Origin: Gemmatimonadaceae bacterium
GTDB lineage: Bacteria; Gemmatimonadota; Gemmatimonadetes; Gemmatimonadales; Gemmatimonadaceae
Reading direction: 5' to 3'
Length of the DNA stretch: 64,000 nucleotides
Assembly: GCA_017881545.1 (NCBI GenBank)
Contig: JADGQU010000001.1
Location: 32,484-96,483 of the forward strand
Every line of letters begins with the position of its first letter. The stretch's first letter is position 1. Below the pieces are notes generated by a model. It saw only the letters and a program-made list of their open reading frames with translations, had not been told where the DNA came from and did no database searches. This document shows, in pieces, positions 8,800 through 18,071 of the stretch. The translations under genes were made by a program, and so were the position numbers.

Positions 8800-11751
8800 T
8801 CAGGAAAGCTTCGTGTCGAGCCAGTTTTTGCCGACTCCGAGATCTACCACGAGTGGAACGGAGAGCTGGGCCGCATGTTCCATCTCGTGCTTCACCAGCT
8901 CTTGAACTCGATCCATTTCGTCCGGCAACACTTCGAAGACGAGCTCATCGTGAACCTGGAGGAGCATCTTGCTTTGCAGCTCTTTCGTCCGGAGTCCGTC
9001 ATCGATCCTGATCATCGCGATCTTGATCAGATCGGCCGCTGAGCCTTGTATCGGTGAATTGGCGGCGACTCTCTCTCCAAAAGCGCGAATGTTGAAGTTA
9101 CGCTCGCGAAGTTCCGGAATGTAGCGCCGCCTCCCAAAGATCGTTTGCACATATCCATTCTCGCGAGCGAACGCGACCATCGCATCGAGATAATTCCGCA
9201 CACCTTGAAAGCGCTCGAAGTACCGTGCAATAAATTCCTTTGCCTCGGCGTGCTCGATGCCAAGCTGCCTGGAAAGAGCGTGCGGGCCTTGACCGTAGAT
9301 CGTAGCGAAGTTGATGGTTTTCGCACGGCTACGCATAGTGGGTGTTACTTCCGTCAGCGGCACGTCGAAGATGAGCGCAGCTGTCTGCCGGTGGATGTCA
9401 CCACCTGCCTGAAAGGCTTCCACAAACGCGGGGTCCCGCGAAAGGTGGGCAAGAAGGCGGAGCTCGATCTGCGAATAATCCGCCGCCATAAGCTGCCAGC
9501 CTTTGCGTGGAATAAAGCCGCGTCGAATGTCGCGACCGAGCTCTCGGCGGATTGGAATGTTCTGAAGATTTGGATCACCTGACGAGAGCCGCCCCGTTGA
9601 AGCGACGGTTTGGTTGAATGATGTGTGCAAACGTCCCGTCTTCGGGTTGACAAGGCGTGGCAAGGTGTCGAGGTAGGTGTTCTCGAGTTTTGATAGCTCT
9701 CGGTACTCCATCAGGAGTGTCGGCAGCACGTGGCCGTCTTCAGCCAGTTCCATCAGAACGCTGGCATCGGTCGACGGACCCGTGCTCGTTTTTTTCAGAA
9801 TCGGCAGATTCAACTTGTCGAAGAGTATCTCGCGTAGCTGGGGATTCGAGTTGATGTTGAATTCCGTTCCGGCTGTTTCGTAGATCTGCTTCTCGACTGC
9901 TTCGCGCTCCCTCTGAAAGCGCTGCTTGAGGGACGAAAACCACGGCAAGTCGATCGCGATTCCTGTCCATTCCATCTCGGCCAGTACATCGATGAGAGGA
10001 ATTTCAATTCCATCCAGCAGGCGTGTCAGCTGGTGTGACTCGAGCTGGGGCTCGAATATCGCCCGAAGACGAAGCGTCATGTCCGCCTCTTCGCACGAGT
10101 AGTCACGAGCGGCTTCGACGGGGCATTCGTCGAACGGGATCGCAGAACGGCCCTTGCCGCAAAGATCCGCGTAGGATGTCATTGTGTAATCGAGAAACTC
10201 GAGCGCCAGAACATCAAGACCATGGGATCGGCGGCCCGGGTCGAGCACATAGCTCGCCAACATCGTGTCAAAATCAAGCCCTGATAAACGAACGAACGCG
10301 CGTCGAAGGGCCAGCAGATCGAACTTTGCGTTCTGAGCAGTCTTTCGCACGGAAGGGTCTTCGAGAAGATCCCTGAGGGGCTTCATCTCCGGCGAGTCGA
10401 GCGCCGGAAGATTGCGAACCTGTGATGGGCGGTTTTGTCGTAGCATTCTGCCAGCGATGCTTATCGTATCGCCATCCGCTTTCTTTTTCTTCAGCGGCAC
10501 CTCCGGAAAAACTTCGTCCCCACCCCGAATGAGGCCACGTTCTTCCGGCGCATCGGTCGCGGATCGATCCCCGGCAGCGTCGACAAGGAGTTCCCCCTGC
10601 CCACTGTGTGACAGGCGGTGGCGAAGCGGGAAGTAGTACGCTTCTCCATCGCCGACGGCAATCGATATTGAAATGATCGAGGAGCGCAGCGGATCGACGG
10701 TCTGCGGACTGTCAGCGTCGATCAGGACTTCGGTATCCAGCGCTATCGCGTTTGCCTCACGCGCGCGACGGACCGCGTGCTGGAGTCCTTCAACCGTATC
10801 AACAGTTACATAGTTGACCAGCTGCTTCGGCTTCTCCTCAGTCGGCGGCGCTAGTACAGCGCTGTCCTTCGCCAGCGCGTGAAATTCCAGCTCTATGAAC
10901 AGGTCGCGAAGCCGGTGGTGGTCCGGAGTTTTTATCCTGAGTGAATCAAGGTCAAATGGAACCTCCAGATCGGTGCGAATTGTTACTAATTCCTTTGAGA
11001 GGCGGGCGTTGTCGGCGTGCTCGAGGAGGGCCTCTCTCGGACGCTTCTTGGTGATCTCCACAGTGTGAGCGAGGATCGACTCGAGGTGGCCATACTGCTT
11101 CACCAGCTCGACGGCGGTCTTGTCGCCAATTCCTCGTACTCCGGGAATATTGTCCGACGAATCCCCGACCAGCGCGAGATAGTCGGTGACATATTCTGGT
11201 GCTACGCCAAGACGCTCATCCGCGTTTTCGACTCCTACCCAATGCTCCTCGACGTTGGCAGGCCCGCCGCGGCCGGGGTTCAACAGCCAAACCCCCTGCT
11301 TCACCAGCTGCTGGAAGTCCTTGTCACCCGATACTACGACGACGTTCACACCTGCTTCGACGCTTCGTGCAACGAGCGTCCCGATCACATCGTCGGCTTC
11401 GTACCCGGGCAGCGTTAAGATCGGAATCCGGTAGGCATCCAGCATCTGGGAGATGCGCTCCATGCCACGATCGAAATCGGACTGGAGCTCCTCCGTCAAC
11501 TTTTCGCGAGTTGCTTTGTATGCTGGATAGCGCTCGTGCCGGAACGAGAGACCCGAGTCATGCACCCAGCCCAAATAGTCCGGTTGGTGCTTGGTGATGA
11601 GGCGCTGCAGAAAGTTGGCGATCCCCCAGCTGGCAGAAGTATTCTCGCCTTTGCTTGTAGTCAGGGGCCGCGAAATGAGCGCGAAAAAAGCGCGATAGAT
11701 GAGGGCGTAACCATCGACCAGGAACAGTCGCGGGCTGTCTGGACCTTTCAT
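8800..11751 (-). CDS. polA: DNA polymerase I
   Basis: 5'-3' exonuclease (LVDG, YKATR, EADD, GDSSDNIPG), 3'-5' exonuclease domain, and Pol A motifs ADYSQIELR, AKTINFATIYG, LQVHDEL. Confidence 0.98.
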   Translation of the reverse strand: MKGPDSPRLFLVDGYALIYRAFFALISRPLTTSKGENTSASWGIANFLQRLITKHQPDYLGWVHDSGLSFRHERYPAYKATREKLTEELQSDFDRGMERISQMLDAYRIPILTLPGYEADDVIGTLVARSVEAGVNVVVVSGDKDFQQLVKQGVWLLNPGRGGPANVEEHWVGVENADERLGVAPEYVTDYLALVGDSSDNIPGVRGIGDKTAVELVKQYGHLESILAHTVEITKKRPREALLEHADNARLSKELVTIRTDLEVPFDLDSLRIKTPDHHRLRDLFIELEFHALAKDSAVLAPPTEEKPKQLVNYVTVDTVEGLQHAVRRAREANAIALDTEVLIDADSPQTVDPLRSSIISISIAVGDGEAYYFPLRHRLSHSGQGELLVDAAGDRSATDAPEERGLIRGGDEVFPEVPLKKKKADGDTISIAGRMLRQNRPSQVRNLPALDSPEMKPLRDLLEDPSVRKTAQNAKFDLLALRRAFVRLSGLDFDTMLASYVLDPGRRSHGLDVLALEFLDYTMTSYADLCGKGRSAIPFDECPVEAARDYSCEEADMTLRLRAIFEPQLESHQLTRLLDGIEIPLIDVLAEMEWTGIAIDLPWFSSLKQRFQREREAVEKQIYETAGTEFNINSNPQLREILFDKLNLPILKKTSTGPSTDASVLMELAEDGHVLPTLLMEYRELSKLENTYLDTLPRLVNPKTGRLHTSFNQTVASTGRLSSGDPNLQNIPIRRELGRDIRRGFIPRKGWQLMAADYSQIELRLLAHLSRDPAFVEAFQAGGDIHRQTAALIFDVPLTEVTPTMRSRAKTINFATIYGQGPHALSRQLGIEHAEAKEFIARYFERFQGVRNYLDAMVAFARENGYVQTIFGRRRYIPELRERNFNIRAFGERVAANSPIQGSAADLIKIAMIRIDDGLRTKELQSKMLLQVHDELVFEVLPDEMDRVQELVKHEMEHAAQLSVPLVVDLGVGKNWLDTKLS

Positions 11752-11835
11752 TGAGTCAATATAAACGCCCTCGTTTTACCAAGAGCTCGAGAGCGTTTGT
11801 TGGAAGTGAGTCGTGCAGCGCTCGCTAAAGCGTAT

Positions 11836-13221
11836 TTATCGCTGCCGCCGGGCGTTGAGCGCAAGGAATTCGGTCTCGCTTGGCCTGGTCAGTCTCCACC
11901 TTCCGGTTTCTTCATAAAAGATCAACTGCGAGTTGAGATTGCGATACTGCCAGATCTGAAGCCGCGTCGTTGAGCCCATTTGGGTCGTCGAGATCGTCTG
12001 ATTCACGTTGCGCTCGAGGACCTGATCGGGCTCACCCAACGCCACGAACACCATTCCGCGATCAGAGAGCCACCCTGGGTTTCGATCCATCCTGAACTGA
12101 GCGTTCGCCAGCTGAATCCGGCCAAAATACGCCTGCATATCTTCATTCGTGGGCGTTTCAGGTACCGGATCAGTTGCACGGAGAAATTCCGCCCACACCG
12201 TTGCACGTCTTTCGGGCGGAGCATTTCGAAGCCCGCTGAGACGGCTAGGGCTGGCAAAGTATCGCAGGTAGCCAAGCATGTCCTCGAACGACATGAGAGG
12301 AATGTCCTCACCAAAGCTCACAAACAAGGGGACTTTTACGCTGTCTGGGCCGTCTCGCCGAGTGAAAGAAACCTGGGCGATGCCGACACCCACGGTCGAG
12401 ATAGGCACGCTCACCACACCGCTGAACAGCGCCCCCCGACGAGCCAGTGTAGCGGAGTCGCGCAGCAGTTGCGCTCCTTTGTCATTGCGAACGACAAAGT
12501 CGATCGGCAGCCGAGCTCCCTGACCGTAAGCTTCGACATAGATCGCCACGGTGCTGTCGCGCCCAAAGACGGCGCTCGAACGAGGGCTTACAAGCAAGGC
12601 CGGCGCTGAGTCGAGGGTTGACCTTCCGCTCGCTTCGTAGATAACGACGGGAGTAGAAAGGCGCCCAGTCCCAAGCGTAGGAACGGTAATCGTGGCCTGC
12701 TGGGTCGCACCCCTTGACCCGCCTACATCGCGCACCGTTGCCGAGACGGCATAAACCCCCGGTTGCACATGAAAATAGTGCTGGAAGATTATGCTCTCGT
12801 CAGTACGGTTTACCTCCCGGAATGATCCGACGCGAACTATCTCCATCGCGTTGACGCTTGCCGCTTCGACCTCCCCGCGGTTGAGGCTGAGCTTTACTTC
12901 GTAAGGAGCACGATACCTATCGCCTTCCCTGGTGAATGTGAGCGCGCGGTTGGGGATTGAGATACTCACCAAAACGAGGGTCGTGTCCGGAAACGCGCTT
13001 GCGAAGGAGGAAATCTTACCGACGAACGCGACAGGGCCGGGAGCAGCCAGCAATCCGATCTCCCGATAGAGATCACTCACATCCGGCGTGGCCGTGCCAG
13101 CTGGAGGAATTACCCTGGGATTGGGCTGGGGGTTGCCACCCGCGCCCGCAGAGCTACAACCACTGACGACAGTAGTCCCAGCGAAAAGGAGTCCCAAACA
13201 GTACTTGGCAGAAATCAGCAT
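11836..13221 (-). CDS. GWxTD-domain lipoprotein
   Basis: VVSG-C lipobox; C-terminal W-x-x-F...DP-x-P-x-T-x-x-NE...RI-x-x-AN-x-x-F...PGWLSDRG-x-V-x-x-x-x-GEPD signature. Start placed at 13221. Confidence 0.85.
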   Translation of the reverse strand: MLISAKYCLGLLFAGTTVVSGCSSAGAGGNPQPNPRVIPPAGTATPDVSDLYREIGLLAAPGPVAFVGKISSFASAFPDTTLVLVSISIPNRALTFTREGDRYRAPYEVKLSLNRGEVEAASVNAMEIVRVGSFREVNRTDESIIFQHYFHVQPGVYAVSATVRDVGGSRGATQQATITVPTLGTGRLSTPVVIYEASGRSTLDSAPALLVSPRSSAVFGRDSTVAIYVEAYGQGARLPIDFVVRNDKGAQLLRDSATLARRGALFSGVVSVPISTVGVGIAQVSFTRRDGPDSVKVPLFVSFGEDIPLMSFEDMLGYLRYFASPSRLSGLRNAPPERRATVWAEFLRATDPVPETPTNEDMQAYFGRIQLANAQFRMDRNPGWLSDRGMVFVALGEPDQVLERNVNQTISTTQMGSTTRLQIWQYRNLNSQLIFYEETGRWRLTRPSETEFLALNARRQR

Positions 13222-13271
13222 GAGCAGTTTATACCCTATCCGGTGTTGCCGGTTTCTATTAGCTTCGCGGC

Positions 13272-14177
13272 GTGTCTCGAGAACAAATGGTCGGCGCCAA
13301 GGTCGCAGGCTATGCAATCAAGAAAGAGGTGGGCGAAGGCGGTACATCCGCCGTATACCTTGCCGATCATCCCAATCATGGCACTGTAGCAGTAAAAGTG
13401 CTACGGGAAAAGCTACGCCAGGACAAGACGGCGGTAGCTCGCTTCGTTCGTGAGGCGGAGTACGGTGCCAGAGTAAGACACCCCAATGTCGTCGAGACTA
13501 TTGAGATAGGCGAGGCGGACGGCCTCCATTTTCTCGCCATTGAGTGGGCAGAAGGTGAAATCCTGGAGCGCTATGCCAAACAGAACGCGCCCCTTCCAAA
13601 AGACGAAGTCGCAACCATTGTCACGCAGATAGCTGCCGGCGTCCAGGCGGCCCATGACGCCAACATCGTACATCGCGATCTGAAGCCCGAGAATGTGATG
13701 TACGACCCGAAGACGAGGCGCGTGAAGCTGCTCGACTTTGGGATCGCCACCGATACACAGGCGTCGACTGACGAGCGCCTGACCCGCGCTGGGTTCTTTG
13801 TCGGCACGCTCATGTACATAGCCCCGGAAGCATTGTCGGGCGAAATTGTAACTGCCGCAGCTGACCAGTATAGTCTCGCTACGATTGCGTATTTCCTGCT
13901 GACGCGATGTTTGCCCTATACCGCCAAGGCACCGCGTGAAATGTTCACGCAGCTGTTGACTATGCCTCCAATCCCGCTGAAGGATGCAGGAGAGGCCGGG
14001 TTCGATTTCGCGCCAGAGTTCGACGCCGTGGTGATGCGCGCTCTTTCCCGCTCGCCTGCAGCCAGGTATCCGAGCGTAATGGCTTTCGCAAACGCCTTTG
14101 CTGAAGCAGCCAGCCTCCCCCCGGACCAACCGAAGATGCTGGACAAGTTCAAGGGATTACTTAGACGCAACCGGTAA
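13272..14177 (+). CDS. Hanks-type Ser/Thr protein kinase (stand-alone, no TM or sensor domain)
   Basis: VGEGG-x-x-x-VY, VAVK, HRDLKPEN, DFG, GT-x-x-Y-x-APE, D-x-YSL. Confidence 0.95.
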   Translation: MSREQMVGAKVAGYAIKKEVGEGGTSAVYLADHPNHGTVAVKVLREKLRQDKTAVARFVREAEYGARVRHPNVVETIEIGEADGLHFLAIEWAEGEILERYAKQNAPLPKDEVATIVTQIAAGVQAAHDANIVHRDLKPENVMYDPKTRRVKLLDFGIATDTQASTDERLTRAGFFVGTLMYIAPEALSGEIVTAAADQYSLATIAYFLLTRCLPYTAKAPREMFTQLLTMPPIPLKDAGEAGFDFAPEFDAVVMRALSRSPAARYPSVMAFANAFAEAASLPPDQPKMLDKFKGLLRRNR

Positions 14178-15104
14178 GTCGGCTGGGTCGACCGGCAACC
14201 AAAGCGTAAAAGTCGAACCCCTTCCCAGCTCGCTCTCGAGCTCCACCATTCCGCCGATCAACGCGGCAAGGCGCCGGGAAATCGCTAGCCCCAGTCCAGT
14301 GCCACGCTCCGCGGAATTCCCCCGAGGGCCGGCGTTTATCTGCTCAAACTCTTCGAAGATTCTACTCTGGTCAGCCGGGTCAATGCCGATTCCAGTATCC
14401 ATTATCTGGATGCCGATCCAGGGATTTGTCGGGTATGAGCTCCGGCTGATGGAACCGGCCCCGCTGTCAGGGAGAGAATCAACGAGACGCGTGCGAATGA
14501 TGATTCCACCCTCGTCCGTGTACTTCACCGCGTTACCCAGCAGATTGACGAGGATCTGTCGCAAATGAGTCGGGTCCGTTCTGATCCGCGGAAGAGCCGC
14601 GCCCATTACGAGCGACAGGCTTAGACCCTTCTCGCTGACCAGCGACTCTATCTCGCTAGCCACATCGAGAGCGAACGGGCGAAGATCAATGCTTTCGGTA
14701 TGAATCTCGAGCCGGCCCGCGGCCATCTTGGCAAGATCAAGAACCTGATCGACGAGATGCCGGAGATGATTGGCTGAGGCCTCAATGCGCTCGACCGGCT
14801 TTACCTGGCGGGGAGCAAGCTCCCCGTACACGCCCTCCCGCAACAGATCTACGAAGCCGACAATGGCGTTCAGGGGAGTTCGGAGCTCGTGCGACACATT
14901 TGCGAGGAACTCGCTTTTCATGCGGTTCACCCGCAATAGCTCGGAGGAAAGCCGTTCCAGTTCCTTCGAGCGTTCAACCAGGCTGCGCGCCTGCCGTCTC
15001 TCGTGACGAAGGACAAGGACGAGACCGAGCACGGTTGCAACGGAGACGACCCATCCGACGACACCAGTCCAGTGTCCGAACCCGATCTGCGAAAGCAAAT
15101 GCAT
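14157..15104 (-). CDS. Sensor histidine kinase (single N-terminal TM)
   Basis: H-box NVSHELRTPL, N-box NLLGNAVKYT, G1 DTGIGI, G2 GTGLGL. ATG 15104 is preceded by GGAG; the ORF track starts at 15113. Confidence 0.93.
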   Translation of the reverse strand: MHLLSQIGFGHWTGVVGWVVSVATVLGLVLVLRHERRQARSLVERSKELERLSSELLRVNRMKSEFLANVSHELRTPLNAIVGFVDLLREGVYGELAPRQVKPVERIEASANHLRHLVDQVLDLAKMAAGRLEIHTESIDLRPFALDVASEIESLVSEKGLSLSLVMGAALPRIRTDPTHLRQILVNLLGNAVKYTDEGGIIIRTRLVDSLPDSGAGSISRSSYPTNPWIGIQIMDTGIGIDPADQSRIFEEFEQINAGPRGNSAERGTGLGLAISRRLAALIGGMVELESELGRGSTFTLWLPVDPADLPVASK

Positions 15105-15140
15105 TGACTCCAATCATAAGAATCCATAACCTCCCGCACC

Positions 15141-15698
15141 ATGACTGATCACTCCGTGCTCGTCGCGCTGCTTGCCGAACGCTCTGCCAAACGTGGTCAG
15201 TTTACACTCGCCTCCGGCAAGCAGTCGAAGTATTACGTCGACGCAAGATTGACGACGATGAGTCCGGAGGGTTTATCGCTCATCGGTCCACTCGCGCTAT
15301 CCATCCTTCAACAATCTGGTTGGGAAATAGATGCGATTGGCGGTCTCACTCTCGGCGCTGACCCGATCTCCTATGCCATTAGTTACGCCAGCGCCGATTC
15401 TCATCGCCCTCTGCGAGCGTTCACCGTTCGAAAGGAAGCAAAGTCGCACGGAACAGGAAAAACCATCGAGGGACCTTTCAAAGAGGGTGATAGGGTAGCC
15501 GTGATCGAGGATGTTATCACTACCGGTGGATCGGCACTTCGCGCCATTGAAGCTGTGCGCGCAGCAAGCGGAATCGTAGTCGGCGTGCTCGCTCTCGTCG
15601 ACAGAGAAGAGGGTGGACGCCAGGCGATTGAAGCAGCCGGCGTTCCTGTTGTCAGCCTCGTCTCGGCAAGCCAGATCATCAAAGCTCTCGAGAGCTAG
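15141..15698 (+). CDS. pyrE: Orotate phosphoribosyltransferase
   Basis: FTLASG-x-x-S-x-YYVD, RKEAK-x-HG, PRPP loop IEDVITTGGS. Confidence 0.95.
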   Translation: MTDHSVLVALLAERSAKRGQFTLASGKQSKYYVDARLTTMSPEGLSLIGPLALSILQQSGWEIDAIGGLTLGADPISYAISYASADSHRPLRAFTVRKEAKSHGTGKTIEGPFKEGDRVAVIEDVITTGGSALRAIEAVRAASGIVVGVLALVDREEGGRQAIEAAGVPVVSLVSASQIIKALES

Positions 15699-16581
15699 GA
15701 ACGTCACCTGGATGTGTCTTCGGGATCCAGCCCGGATATGCTGCTGACGGACGGAATGCGCACAGGACGTCGGTATAGGGAAGAACCAACTCGGTCCTGA
15801 AAAGCTGAAGCATCCCCTGACCATCGTATGCGCTTCTGAATTTTACGGGGGACATCTTCATGATCGTACGCACATGACGGCCGAAACTCTGAGGTGATGA
15901 GTAGTCGAGATGGTTCGCCACTCGTGCGACAGATAGCCCCGGATTCTCGAACAACCGCGCCGCACGTATGAGTCTCGCGAGCGACAGATAGCGTTTCGGA
16001 GCCGGTAATCTCGCCCGGAAGAAACGACTCATAAGAGTACTCGGCAGAATGTTGAGGTGGCGAGCAAGCTGCCGAACCGTAGAGATTTTAGGTGATGAGT
16101 CGAACAGCAGCTCGAAGAAGCGCCAGCAGTCCTTCGACACATTGGGGAGATCGAGACTGATCTGCGTTAGCGCCGAGCGCTGCAGATCGCTCGAGCCTTG
16201 CGACGCAAGGATATTTCTCAATGTCTGCCAGCCGGCTGGTAATCTCGCGTCGACGAGCGTTCGGATCCCGAGTTGTCCCAGAGCCAGCGTCGTGTGCGGC
16301 GTGGAGTTCTGCGTTTCCGTCAGCAAGGCTACTGCTGGCACTCTCGGGAATTCACGAACCATTGCCGCGACTCTACTGGAGTTCTGTGAGCCATATCGTG
16401 TAACCGAGATCAGGACCAGACTTGCTTTCTGTTCCCTCAAATCCAGAAGAACCTCGTCGAGTGATTCTCTATGGATGGCATCACACAATCCCTGCGCTGC
16501 TGCGTCGACTCTGGAACGTTCGAGAGGAGTAAGGATGGTCGAGACAGGAGTACGGGTGGCGCGCTTCGAGTCGGAAGGCAT
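15679..16581 (-). CDS. AraC-family HTH regulator with a degenerate receiver-like N-terminus
   Basis: C-terminal TVRQLARHL...RLIRAARLF...SVARVANHLDYSSPQSFGRHVR...SP-x-x-FR AraC pattern. Confidence 0.85.
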   Translation of the reverse strand: MPSDSKRATRTPVSTILTPLERSRVDAAAQGLCDAIHRESLDEVLLDLREQKASLVLISVTRYGSQNSSRVAAMVREFPRVPAVALLTETQNSTPHTTLALGQLGIRTLVDARLPAGWQTLRNILASQGSSDLQRSALTQISLDLPNVSKDCWRFFELLFDSSPKISTVRQLARHLNILPSTLMSRFFRARLPAPKRYLSLARLIRAARLFENPGLSVARVANHLDYSSPQSFGRHVRTIMKMSPVKFRSAYDGQGMLQLFRTELVLPYTDVLCAFRPSAAYPGWIPKTHPGDVPSSREL

Positions 16582-16729
16582 AGTATCCTCACGGTTAACG
16601 GGTAGGACCGCGGGCAGATGTGTAGCGCTGGACTGTCAGCCCCGCGTCCCGCGCTGGAGACCCCAAAACGGGGATTAACCGCCTATCGTCAGACTCACCA
16701 GGGATACCGTGTAATCGGATTGCCGGGGT

Positions 16730-16738
16730 TGCTATATT
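16730..16738 (+). promoter_or_regulatory. Extended -10 promoter of rnpB
   Basis: TG-C-TATATT ending 6 nt before the predicted rnpB 5' end. Confidence 0.6.
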
Positions 16739-16744
16739 TGAGGA

Positions 16745-17128
16745 GGCAAACGGTCGGACGATCGCGCGTCGGTATCCATGTGGTACCGATTCGAGGAAAG
16801 TCCGGGCTCCGGTGGACAGGCTGCCAGGTAACACCTGGGCGCGAACGGCGAGAGCTATTCGCGACGGAAAGTGCCACAGAGAACAGACCGCCATCTTCAC
16901 GGGTGGCAAGGGTGAAACGGTGGGGTAAGAGCCCACCGCGCTCATGGCAACATGTGCGGCATGGCAAACCCCAGCTGGAGCAAGGCCAAATATGCGGCGA
17001 GAGGAGACCACCTCGACCAAGACGCCGCGGGTAGGCTGCTAGAGAGCATGGGTGACCATGCTCGTAGAGAAATGATCGTCCGGGTTACGCAAGTAGCCCG
17101 ACAGAACCCGGCTTACAGACCGTTTGCC
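16745..17128 (+). ncRNA. rnpB: RNase P RNA (class A)
   Basis: Conserved GAGGAAAGTCCGGGC, AGTGCCACAGA, GGGTGAAACGG, GGCAAACCCC, GAGCAAG-CCAAATA and ACAGAACCCGGCTTA; P1 helix GGCAAACGGTC/GACCGTTTGCC. Confidence 0.97.
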
Positions 17129-17137
17129 GATGATGCA

Positions 17138-17178
17138 ACAACCTCCGACAGAACACTGTCGGAGGTTGTTTGCTTTTC
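17138..17178 (+). terminator. Intrinsic terminator after rnpB
   Basis: ACAACCTCCGACAG-aaca-CTGTCGGAGGTTGT followed by TTGCTTTT. Confidence 0.8.
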
Positions 17179-17204
17179 CTGAATACCAAACGGAAAAAGG
17201 TTGG

Positions 17205-18071
17205 ATGATGCGCCGAAGAACCAATGGTTGGTGTTTCCTCGTTTACCTCGCTTCTGCTTGTACTGCATCCACGGTACCGCCAGCCGGGCAACCAACACCA
17301 TTGCCATCGCTGCCCACGACAGTCCCTCTACCGTCAACTGCTGGCTCGTGGACTTTCAATTATGCGCCTGGCGTAATCTCCTACCAGATATCCAGAACCG
17401 CGACGATCGAAAGCCAATCGGACTCCGGCTCACACCGGGAAATATCCACGAACTCAACGCATGAATTGGTGACTCTGGAACCAGCTGGGGATACCATTCA
17501 CTTCACAGCGTCCGTTGACACTTTTTCGACCACAACTCAAGGTGCGATCGGCCCCGCGCAACTCATTCAGCTGCCCGTACAACTTTCGGGAAAATTCGTC
17601 AATGATAGTGTGATACTGTCAGCCGACAGTCTCGCTGAAAAATGCAGCCCTACGAGTTCAGCGCTTTCAGCAGATCTCCAGAATGTGCTGGTACATTTCC
17701 CGGCTCAACTTTCACAAGGAACCAGCTGGAGAGACTCCGTGGAGTTGCAGGCGTGTCAGGGAATGATCCCGACGACAGCGCGCATCAGCCGATCATACGT
17801 CGTGTCGGGCGAAACGTCATATCAGGGCTATCCGGTTATGGTGGTACAGCGTAGCGATACGATCCAGGCGCACGGAGAGGGAGCCCAACAACAGCACTCC
17901 CTGACGCTCGATGCAAAGGGGACTGGAAGTGCCGTTTATTACGTGAGCCCCAAAAACGGGCGTATCGCACGTATCACCACAGGGCAGGATCTGGATTTGG
18001 CAATCACCGTGTCGGGCAAGATCCATCGCTTCAAGCAAAGCTCGAAGCAAGACTACAGCTCAGCGCGCTAG
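17205..18071 (+). CDS. Hypothetical beta-rich lipoprotein
   Basis: MMRRRTNGWCFLVYLASA-C lipobox-like start, Pro/Thr linker, beta-strand-rich body. The ORF-track start at 17124 overlaps rnpB and is rejected. Confidence 0.7.
   Translation: MMRRRTNGWCFLVYLASACTASTVPPAGQPTPLPSLPTTVPLPSTAGSWTFNYAPGVISYQISRTATIESQSDSGSHREISTNSTHELVTLEPAGDTIHFTASVDTFSTTTQGAIGPAQLIQLPVQLSGKFVNDSVILSADSLAEKCSPTSSALSADLQNVLVHFPAQLSQGTSWRDSVELQACQGMIPTTARISRSYVVSGETSYQGYPVMVVQRSDTIQAHGEGAQQQHSLTLDAKGTGSAVYYVSPKNGRIARITTGQDLDLAITVSGKIHRFKQSSKQDYSSAR

Noticed and set aside
16595-17224. Several ORFs across rnpB
   Set aside because: The region is explained by RNase P RNA and its terminator.
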